This document shows, piece by piece, positions 42,001 to 54,000 of a stretch of DNA of 64,000 bases. Every line of letters begins with the position of its first letter. Position 1 is the first letter of the stretch. This stretch comes from Haliotis rufescens (Eukaryota). Below the pieces are notes generated by a model that worked only from the letters and a program-made list of their open reading frames with translations, was not told the origin of the DNA and did no database searches. A program made the translations under genes and the position numbers. The stretch lies in NCBI RefSeq assembly GCF_023055435.1, contig NW_025964013.1, forward strand, positions 4,278,001-4,342,000, read 5' to 3'.

Positions 42001-45000
42001 CAGCCTCTTTAAGGATGTTAATAACATTTAAAAATATTTACCAAAATTGTAATAATGACTCCCTCAATTGAATCCGACCTCGGAAATGTCGGACAAATCT
42101 GTTTTACGTCCAATGTACGGCGTCATCAAGTTGCGAGCGCATGTCCGCTTCTCCAGAAATGACGGAATAACAATGTTTTATGGTGAAATTATCTATCTTC
42201 ATTAATCTTTGCGATTTATCGCGCAGCTGTCTTATATTATCAACTATTATTCTTTAACTACCCTCCCCCCACCCAGTCCAAGCCCAACCAAACCTTTAGT
42301 TTGTAGGTCCCACTTATCTTGACGTTTTGGGAGGTTTGCACTTTAACCTAATTAATAACCTTTTTTCATATATCCCCCAGTAAAATAGTGCAAACGCCGT
42401 GTGCGAAACACGCCTTTATGTCCATACTTGCCGTAAAAGCCGACTATGCTTGTCGTAAGAGGCGACTAACGGGATCTGACTTGGTTGATGAATGTCATCG
42501 TATTGCGTGCATCGATGCGCATGATGTCAATCACAGGATTGTCTGGTCCATACTCGATTATATACCGACCGCCGTCATACAGCTGAAATATTGATGAGTG
42601 CGGTGTTAAACAACAAATAAACAAACAAACTATCTTACTTACCTAGGCTCCCCATGTACTACTCGTGGACCCGCGGTGACGGCATCACCAACATCGGCCT
42701 ACCCCACAACTCCCACCTCGCAGACCACAACCGGGTGCTGCTGATTGACGACGTCAGGGTGGAGGACGGCGGCAACTACACCTGCCACGTCAACAGAGGC
42801 GCCAGCGCAGCGGACATAAAGCCCCTCTTCGTCACGATTGAATGTGAGTCTTGACGCGGGCATTGCTCTGGACAGTGGTGTTGTTTGGGGGGTGTGGTTG
42901 GTGGGGGTGCATGTACTCTCCATGTTAGTTTCATGTTCCCCAAGTCAGAAGTGACCAATGGACAACGAATGATAAGTGAGGTGAAATGGGGTTTAACGTC
43001 GCGTCCAAAATTATTGCACTTATATAGCGACGTGCATCCACGTGCGGTATGTGTATGTGTGGCTGCTGGTACTAGTCTGCCGATTTATAGTGCTCGTCCA
43101 CTGAGATACCATACCAGTTTAACATTAATACCCCACTCAGACACAGTATACTGACTCCGAGCCGACCAGTCCTTGTATTAGCCCCTTAATGCCGAGCGCC
43201 CTTTGGTATGGCGCGGCCGGGCCCCGAACGCCCGACCTTCCGCTCTCCGGGCGGACGGTCTACCACTAGACCACGGAGGCGGTCGACAACGAATGTATCC
43301 CACCTAATTATATACCAGATACGTCTTTTACGTGCATGCTTAAAATTTGATTCCACGCTAAAGCATTTATAGCAAACAGAAAACAAACATAGAGTTCCCC
43401 CAGATCAATTGCATTCGAAAATGTTCGTAGGTATCCGGAGAATTGCGTCTATGGTATGTCGCAAATGTAGTGCCAATAGTTCTAGTCTATTCCATGTTAG
43501 CGGGGTCCGTTGAAAGTAGTAAAATGGGTCCTAGCATGTTCGACATTCATGTCAGGTCGGATACTTGCCCCTACCTATTCCTATAGCAGAATATGTGCCA
43601 AAACAGACAATGATAACTGTTCCTTTCAACGTTTCAGCGAGGCCATATTTCATGTTTCCACTGCAAGACCAATTCCTGGACGTAGGGAGTCAGACGACAT
43701 GGCGTTGCCAGGCTACCGCTATTCCGTCAGCAGAGTATACCTGGTACAAAGACACGGTACTGCTGACATCAACTCCTGGCGACGTTGAGATCTCCGGTAA
43801 CGTCCTCACCATCAAGAATGCTAACGCCGACAAACACAACGGCATGTACCAGTGTTCAGCGAAAAACATGCATGGGGAATCGTTCAGTACTGCCGAGCTG
43901 AAGGTTTTGTGTACGTACCAAATGTATGTGCGTGTGTGTATTACAAAGTATGAGCTTGCGTGCGTACAAAATGTATCTTTTGAGTGTGCGTGTGCGTGCG
44001 TTCGTGCGTGCGTGCTTGGGTGCGTGTTTTAATCTACGATCTTTTGTTCTGTGGACGAATCGAGTGAGTGAGTTGGGTTTAACGCCGCTTTTAACATTAT
44101 TCCAGTTATATCACGGCGTTCTGTGGACGAATCGAAGATCAGGCTGCTTTATTTCAAAACAAGCGCTAAGGCGGTTGTAAGCCTATGTTAGGGTGAAGGC
44201 GTTACGATTAGCTTAGCGCTAAGATCGCTTTGTACAACGGCACCCTAATCATTGGAACAAATAAATGTGTTTAGCATTATGAGGAACACCGTTAAATCTG
44301 TCTGTCAGCAGGTATTGTAACTCTAGGAACTATTTCTCACGGAACAGACATTCCTGTGTCGAATTGTTTCGTAGCTTTTCAGCTACAATGCGTCAACATA
44401 CATTGTGAAACAAACTGTTTCCTAACTAAGACAAAATTGTTATGGATGAGCAACTTCTTTATTACACTTGGGCGACGTTTCGGTTTCGTAGTTTGTACAT
44501 CATTTGCTTGATAACGGTGTTAGAATCTACACCGAAACGTCGCCCAATTGAAATAAAGAAGTTGCTCATCCAAAACAATTTTGTCTTAGTTACCATTCCA
44601 ACTTCTAAATGCCACTCAAAGAAGTTGTTTCCTAACTCACAGAAAGAGTTCCACCCTGACTGGATTACATTTAAAAGCTATCTGAGGACACACTAACTGG
44701 GTTGGAAATGTTAAGGAAACCAGAAGACTGTTTCTTCCATGCAGTGCCCTGTTGTCTTTCAGCGTTCGCCCCCATCTTCTCCAAACAGCCCGTCACTGAC
44801 AAGGTCGCCAGCATCGGCGGCAACGTCACCATGATCTGCAACCCTGAGGCAGCACCTAAACCCGACTTCAAGTGGTCCCGCGACGGCCGTGACCTTGGCC
44901 TCACCGAAGGGGTCATGGGACGGCTGCAGCTGCTGCACAACGGGAACCTGCTCATCACCTCGGTAACGTCAGGGGATGCCGGGCAGTACACGTGTACCGC

Positions 45001-48000
45001 CACCAACACCGAGGGGTCAGACTCCAGTCAAGCCACCCTGTTAGTGTCGGGTGAGTCCCTTGCCCCTTTGACCCGTGAAGATACGGGGTAGAATACGTCT
45101 TTACCAACCCATGCTTGTAGTAAGAGGCGACTAACGGGATCGGGTGGTCAGGCGCGTTTACTTGCTTGATACATGTTATCGTATCCCAACTGCGTAGATT
45201 GATGCACATGATGTCAATCACTGGATTGTCTGGTCCAGTCTCGAATATGTACAGACCGCGGTCATATAGCTGGAATATTGCGGCGTTAAACAACAAACAA
45301 ACCCTCGTCCCTTCGCAGCGATGGGGTAGCCTAGTGGTTAACGCGTTCGCTCGTCTCGCCGAAGGCCCGGGTTCAATTCCCAACATTGGTACAATTATGA
45401 AGCTCATTTCTGGTGCCTTGGGGTCCGGTACTGGCAAGTGTTACTCGAGTGGTTACTATATATACTTCTTCTCACACTGAGTAACCTGGCCAATCTAGCA
45501 ATACATGAGGACAGAAACTGTCTTAGTTTCACACAAGTCGCTATTTACACCGTCAAGACAATGAGCTGTAGTATTTGGGATCGTCTTCATCTTTAAGCAA
45601 TTGTGAACACTAAACCGATTATGCCCTCGAAGCCACTCCATACTTTAAATGTTATATATACTAGTAGTCAGTGTAACAATTTGTGAGATAGTTGTTAACG
45701 GTTTAATTGCTTATAACGGTAAACCCTGTGCATTGCGACAGCGCGGACTGAGATCAGCCAAGTTCCTGTCGACACCAGGGTCATCGTCAACAACACCGCC
45801 TTCCTCTACTGCGAGGCCTCCTTCGACAACTCACGTTACGACCTCGTTTACGCCTGGAGGTTTAATGGCCACCCTATTGACATCAGTCATAATTCCTATT
45901 TTGTCCAGGTATGTACATAAATATTCACTAACCGTGGTCTGGAGAGACATATTTTATCTACTTAGTTGAGATGTGAACGTAGGTCAATGTTGGTTTTCGA
46001 CAAGTTATCTTATTTACAATGTAACGAGTGTTTAGTGATGAAGACTGGACAAGTTTGTTCTATAACGGTATATCTCACTCCTCTGGGTTTTTTTTAACAT
46101 TGGCCAAATGAGAGTAAGTTTGTTATTATCTTGCACGGTGCACAGGGGGCCCAGTCGTCTTAATGTCGGAACTCGGTGTGCAGAGTTGCGTCCCTCAGGC
46201 GCACCAGGAACCTATGCTCGTGTGTTTCCTTCCACATCAAGCCAGCACGACGTCATGTACATGTAACTGATATTCGACGTTAAACCAAACTCACTCACTG
46301 TGTGTTTGAATGTAGCTACCCATATATGCATGACGCTACCCGTATACACATGGTCTCTTCCAGGGAATACGAGACAACATCCGGGGTCTCTACATCCGGA
46401 ATGCGCAGTTCATTCATTCAGGAGAATATACGTGTTTAGCAGAGACAGTTGAAGACACAGCGTCAGCATCAGCCACGCTCACCGTGCAAGGTGTGTGACG
46501 CGTGTGTGTGAGGGGTGTGTGTGTGTGTGTGTGAAAAATATATATTGCGTCCCCGACGCACAGTAATATTTACTGTACCAAATTCTTGAACATAAACAAA
46601 TGTAGATCTAAATAATCGGACTAGTCGATCAAGTGATTGATGACAAAACCAGTATTAGCTTCAAAAATGAAAATTAGCTTTAAAAAATACTATCACACAA
46701 CGAGGAAGAGAATTGATGGATGTCAACATCTTCATCACAATAAAGACGTTGACATCCATACTTTCTCTTATTTATGTGTATCACTTCAAACGTTTTTGAC
46801 CATACGTGTGTATTTCCTGACATTTCATAAAGATCATCTTATCCGAAATACTGACTGTTCACTCACTCACTTACTCAGTATGGCCCATCTCGATGGCCCA
46901 TGTTTTGATGTTAGACAACTCTAAATATATCAAGACACGTGGTATTTTAGCCTCAAAACACGTTCCGCGTGCCTAACATCGATTATCTTAACACATTATA
47001 CATGTTCTCGTTCATATAAAACACGGATTAATAACAATCTGATTAGTTTCGTTTCTTATTAATATATTTTTATTATTTGTTGTTTGTTTGTTGTTGATGA
47101 TGTTGTTGTTTACCTTGTGTGTGTTTTTGGTTTCTTTTCGTTTTTTGTTCTTTCTTTAGGTCTTTTCTTTTTTGAGGGGTTGGGGGGGGGGGGGGGGGGG
47201 GGAGTTCTGCGCTCCACGTTACAATCATACTCCAGAGATATAATTCGTAGGGAACTTGACGATAACCTAAGTCGTATATTCAGCACGGTCCTCATTTAAG
47301 GAGAGGGGCGGTCGGGTAGCCTACTGGTTAAAACGTTCGCTCATCACGCCGAAGACCCGGGTTCGATTCCCGAAATGGGTACAGTATGTGGAGCCCATTT
47401 CTGGTGTCCCCGCCGTGGAATATTGCTAAAAGCGGCGTAAAACCATACTCACTCACTCACTCATTAAAGGAGAGGGACTCAGGGGAATATAGTTAATGTC
47501 TATGGAAAACATGTAAACCATGCCTGTACAACTGTTGACTGTGTGGCCAGGTCCTCCGGGGGAGCCCGCGGGGGTGTACTGTGACCAGGAGGGCATGGCG
47601 CTCAATTTGCACTGGACAGACGGCACCGACAGGGGCAGCCCCATTATCTACTACATCGTTGAGTTCAACACCAACTTCAACAGCAACTGGAGAGTTATGA
47701 TACAACGTGCGTACACTTAACGCTTAAGACATTGAAGCACTACACAAGTTTTGATCTAACGTGTTGGTGTGTACCTAACACAACCTCTAATATATATTAG
47801 TTTCTGATTACGTGGGCGTTGCAGATCTGTACGAAGAGAAATATTCTATTTCTGACTATTCTATGTTGTACCTTTTGCCGTTATATAGTGAAATAGGGCA
47901 GTTTACGTTTTGGTAAGTCGTGTAAATAAAGCGACAAAACCCTTTTCATATCCAATAGACATCCCTGCATAAAACAGTCGGCAGTAAGATTCCGACTACA

Positions 48001-51000
48001 TCACGAGCACGTGTTTATGAATCAATTAGTGATGATACCAGGTGTTCGCGAAACGGTGAGTGTATCCTTACCCTCCGGTGGCACCCATCACAAACACATG
48101 CAAAGGAAAGTGAAATATTCATCTGAAAAATTATTTTTGTCACTGATGCGTCAAATGTGTTAATGTCCTGCACATGTCTACCATAAAACGTTTTGAAAGC
48201 TTTATTGAGGATTTGAATGTTGTAACCTTGATCAAACAACTTGTTTGATAGGCATTACTTAGAAGTTGACGGGTGACAAGGTCGACACAATTTTATGGAC
48301 AACAACTTCTTTAATACTGTAAAAAGCGACGTTTCGGTATAAAAAGGTGTCTACCAAACAACTTATAAGCAAGAGTCGTATGAAAACATGGTGGAAAGAG
48401 ATTGCCCATTGTATCTCAAAAGTTGTGAAATGTAAACACCAAAGTCTGGAGCTGCTTGAATAATCGCTAACTTACTCCAAGGTGTGTCCTCTCCAGGTCT
48501 GGGTGTCACAGAGACGCTGGACGACGAGAACCCCGACAGGAAGATAACGAAGCTGGCGTCCCTCCGTCCAGGCACCGCCTACAGGTTCCGGGTCCTCGCA
48601 GCTAACATGTTCGGCCACGGAGACCCCAGCATTCACTCCAGTAAGTCCGGGAACTCAGTAGGTCGTAGGTGAAGTGTTTAGCGCAGTAAGTCCGGGAACT
48701 CAGGAGGTTGTAGGTGCAGTGTTTAGTGCAGTACGTCAGGGAACACTCAGTAGGTTGTAGGTTCAGTGTCTAGTACAGTGTGTCAAGGAACACTCAGCAG
48801 GTTGTAGGTGCAGTGTTTAGTGCAGTACGTCAGAATACACTACAGGAGGTTGTAGGTGCAGTGTTTAGTGCAGTACGTCAGGGAACACTCAGCAGGTTGT
48901 AGGTGCAGTGTTTAGTGCAGTACGTCAGAATACACTACAGGAGGTTGTAGGTGCAATGTTTAGTACAGTACGTCAGGGAACACTACAGGAGGTTGTAGGT
49001 GCAGTGTTTAGTACAGTACGTCAGGGAACACTCAGTAGGTTGTAGGTGCAGTGTCTAGTACAGTGTGTCAGGGAACACTCAGCAGGTTGTAGGTGCAGTG
49101 TTTAGTGCAGTACGTCAGAATACACTACAGGAGGTTGTAGGTGCAGTGTTTAGTACAGTACGTCAGGGAACACTACAGGAGGTCGTAGGTGCAGTATTTA
49201 GTGCAGTACGTCAGGGCACACTACAGGAGGTTGTAGGTGCAGTGTTTAGTGCAGTACGTCAGAGAACACTACAGTAGGTCGTAGGTGCAGTGTTTAGTAC
49301 AGTACGTCAGGGAACACTACAGGAGGTTGTAGGTGCAGTGATTAGTACAGTACGTCAGGGAACACTCAGTAGGTTGTAGGTGCAGTGTTTAGTACAGTAC
49401 GTCAGGGAACACTACACGAAGTTGGTATCTAGTACCGTGATAGTGTACATTGTTCAGGCCAGTCAATAAAATTCAAATATGCTGCAATACGTAGCTTTAG
49501 TGTTATTGTTTCTGTCCATTTCACGTCCATTGATGGAACGTTTGTTTGTTGTTTAACGTCGCACTCAGCAATATTCAAGCTATATGACGGCGGTTTGTAA
49601 ATAATCGAGTCTGGACCAGACAATCCAGTGAATGACATCATGAGCATCGATCCATGCAATTGGGATAAGATGTCATGCATCAACCACGTCAGCGAGCCTG
49701 ATCACCCGATTCCGTTAGTCGCCTCTAACGACAAGCAAGTTTGCCTTTTACTACGGCAAGCATGGGTTGCTGAAGACCTATTCTACCCCGGATCTTCATG
49801 GGTCTGATGGAACGTACTATGATACTTTGGACATGATTGATCCTCTCATGGGAAACTGATGTAAATATTGAAACAATCTGCTGATTTGAAGACAAAGCTC
49901 AAGGGGTATTTGCTTGAAATCAGTCAGCAGAAGATTAAACATGTCACTGCAACAGCGTTGTACATATCACAGCCTATATGTCACTGCAACAGAGTTGTAC
50001 ATATCACAGCCTACATGTCACTGCAACAGCGATGTACATATCACAGCCTACATGCCACTGCAACAACGTTGTATATATCACAGCCTACATGTCACTGCAA
50101 CAGCGATGTACATATCACAGCCTACATGCCACTGCAACAACGTTGTATATATCACAGCCTACATGTCACTGCAACAGCGCTGTACATATCACAACCTACA
50201 TGTCACTGCAACAGCGTTGTACATATCAAAGCCTACATGTCACTGCAACAGCGTTGTACATATCACAGCCTACATGTCACTGCAACAGCGTTGTACATTT
50301 CACAGCCTACATGTGACTGCAACAACGGGGTACATATCACAGCCTACATGTCACTGCAACAGCGTTGTACATATCACAGCCTACATGTCACTGCAACAGC
50401 ATTGTACATATCACAGCCTACATGTGACTGCAACAACGGGTACATATCACAGCCTACATGTCACTGCAACAGCATTGTACATATCACAGCCTACATGTCA
50501 CTGCAACAGCGTTGTACATATAACAGCCTACATGTCACTGCAACAGCGTTGTACATATCACAGCCTACATGTCACTGCAACAGCGTTGTACATATCACGG
50601 CCTACATGTCACTGCAACAGCGTTGTACATATCACAGCCTACATGTCACTGCAATAGTACTGTACACATCACAGCCTACATGTCACTGCAACAGCGCTGT
50701 ACATATCACAGCCTACGTGTCACTGCAACAGCATTGTACATATCACAGCCTACGTGTCACTGCAACAGCGTTGTACATATCACAGCCTACATGTCACTGC
50801 AACAGCGTTGTACATATCATAGCCTACATGTCACTGCAACAACGCTGTCCATATCACAGCCTACATGTCACTGCAACAGCATTGTACATATCACAGCCTA
50901 CATGTCACTGCAACAACGTTGTACATATCACAGCCTACATGTCACTGCAACAGCGATGTACATATCACAGCCTACATGTCACTGCAACAGCGTTGTACAT

Positions 51001-54000
51001 ATCACAGCCTACATGTCACTGCAACAGCGCTGTACATATCACAGCCTACATGTCACTGCAACAGGGTTGTACATATCACAGCCTACATGTCACTGCAACA
51101 GCGTTGTACATATCACAGCCTACATGTCACTGCAACAGCGTTGTAAATATCACAGCCTACATGTCACTGCAACAGCGTTGTACATATCACAGCCTTCATG
51201 TCACTGCAACAGCGTTGTACATGTCACTGCAACAGCGTTGTACATATCACAGCCTACATGTCACTGCAACAGCGTTGTACATGTCACTGCAACAGCGTTG
51301 TACATATCACAGCCTACATGTCACTGCAACAGCGTTGTACATGTCACTGCAACAGCGTTGTACATATCACAGCCTACATGTCACTGCAACAGCGTTGTAC
51401 ATGTCACTGCAACAGCGTTGTACATATCACAGCCTACATGTCACTGCAACAGCGTTGTACATGTCACTGCAACAGCGTTGTACATATCACAGCCTACATG
51501 TCACTGCAACAGCGATGTACATATCAGTCTTCCTGTCTTTGCAGGCATGTACCGGCTGCCAAGTGCTGCCCCTGTGGTGCCCCCCCTGGAGGTAGGGGGT
51601 GGGGGAGGCAGAGTGGGAACGCTGACCATCACGTGGGAGGTGGGTATTCCAGGGAAAACAGAAAATATCATAAAAACATAACATAAAAACAAACAGAGAA
51701 AAGGGCTTTTATCGGTATTGTTGCAATACCACGTCACGCTAAGGATGACCTCTTGCCAAGGGGAGTAACCCTTCATTGACTATGTTATATTCCAGCCACT
51801 GTTGCTGGAGGATGAGAGCGGGCCGGCGATCGGGTACTATGTGTTCTGGCGGAGGAAACTGAACGTGGATGACTTGTGGCAGCGGGTACGTTACACAGTG
51901 TGGCAGATATCATAATGTTCATGGTCAGTTTGTTTGTTTGTTTGTTTGTTTGTTGTTTCACGCCGCACAGTGGTTCTAGTTACGAATAAGTAACTGTTTG
52001 GAAAATATTTGCATTAATTCAGGAAATATTTGCATGAATTCAGGAAATATTTGCATTTATTCAAAATTATACCCTATGACGAATTGTAAAGAAGGTTTAA
52101 TACAGCCATACTGTTATCAAAAGTTGGCAAGACTAACACGCACTTAAACACAACGACTCCGGCATTCAAAAGGGTATTTCCCAACGAAATGGACGTTGAT
52201 TAGGTTTGGCATATACTTATGTCAGACTGTAACTTCAACACCAACGTGACACTTTGTTTATCATTACTCTAGCCTAAATGCATTATAGAGAAAAAAAACA
52301 CTCGAACTGTGCATGTAACATACATAGTGCATGTAGGTACAAAATTTGAAATGTACCGAGTACTTTGTATCAGTATACAAAAATAAGTGTTCGACTATCA
52401 TGAGATGTGTACTTTTGTAGGTGAACGTCACCGGCCGTATCGGCACCGTCACGGTCGTCGTCGGCGACCAGAACTACTACTTGGAGTACGAGGTGATGGT
52501 TGAGGCGTTCAACAGACTGGGTCCGGGGCCCAACTCCACAGTAGCCGTCATCTACTCAGCCGAAAGTCGTATGTATCACAGAATATACTCAGTAGAACAT
52601 ATCACAGAATATACTCAGTAGAACGTATCACAGAATATACATATTACAGAATATACTCAGTAGAACGTATCACAGAATATACTCAGTAGAACATATCACA
52701 GAATATAACCAGTAGAACGTATCACAGAATATACTCAGAAGAGAGTAGTATGTGTTATGCAATATCCTCAGAAGAGAGTAGTATGTGTTCTGCAATATCC
52801 TCAGAAGAGAGTAGTATGTGTTCTGCAATATCCTTAGAAGAGAGTAGTATGTGTTCTGCAATATCCTCAGAAGAGAGTAGTATGTGTTATGCAATATCCC
52901 CAGAAGAGAGGAGTATGTGTTATGCAATATCCCCAGAAGAGAGGAGTATGTGTTATGCAATATCCCCAGAAGAGAGGAGTATGTGTTATGCAATATCCCC
53001 AGAAGAGAGGAGTATGTGTTATGCAATATCCCCAGAAGAGAGGAATATCTGTTATGCAATATCCCCAGAAGAGAGGAGTATGTGTTATGCAATATCCCCA
53101 GAAGAGAGTAGTATGTGTTATGCAATATCCCCAGAAGAGAGGAGTATGTGTTCTGCAATATCCCCAGAAGAGAGTAGTATGTGTTATGCAATATCCCCAG
53201 AAGAGAGTAGTATGTGTTATGCAATATCCCCAGAAGAGAGGAGTATGTGTTATGCAAAATCCCCAGAAGAGAGTAGTATGTGTTATGCAATATCCTCAGA
53301 AGATAGTAGTATGTGTTATGCAATATCCTCAGAAGAGAGGAGTATGTGTTATGCAATATCCTCAGAAGAGAGGAGTATGTGTTATGCAATATCCTCAGAA
53401 GAGAGGAGTATGTGTTTTGCAATATCCCCAGAAGAGAGTAGTATGTGTTATGCAATATCCCCAGAAGAGAGGAGTATGTGTTATGCAATATCCCCAGAAG
53501 AGAGGAGTATGTGTTATGCAATATCCTCAGAAGAGAGGAGTATGTGTTTTGCAATATCCCCAGAAGAGAGTAGTATGTGTTATGCAATATCCCCAGAAGA
53601 GAGTAGTATGTGTTATGCAATATCCCCAGAAGAGAGGAGTATGTGTTATGCAATATCCCCAGAAGAGAGGAGTATGTGTTATGCAATATCCTCAGAAGAG
53701 AGGAGTATGTGTTTTGCAATATCCCCAGAAGAGAGTAGTATGTGTTATGCAATATCCCCAGAAGAGAGTAGTATGTGTTATGCAATATCCCCAGAAGAGA
53801 GTAGTATGTGTTATGCAATATCCCCAGAAGAGAGGAGTATGTGTTTTGCAATATCCTCAGAAGAGTTACTCGCCCTCTTTCTGTGTACCCAGTGCCCTAC
53901 GCGACACCCAACAATATCTGGATCGACACCTACAACGCTACAGCAATCGTTGTCTACTTCGACGCCGTGGACGACACAAGGGCAGCGGTCAAGGGCAAGA

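Noticed and set aside
47305-47380. tRNA genes suggested by A/B boxes
   Set aside because: Heads of multi-copy SINEs with tails and TSDs; no intact cloverleaf evident.
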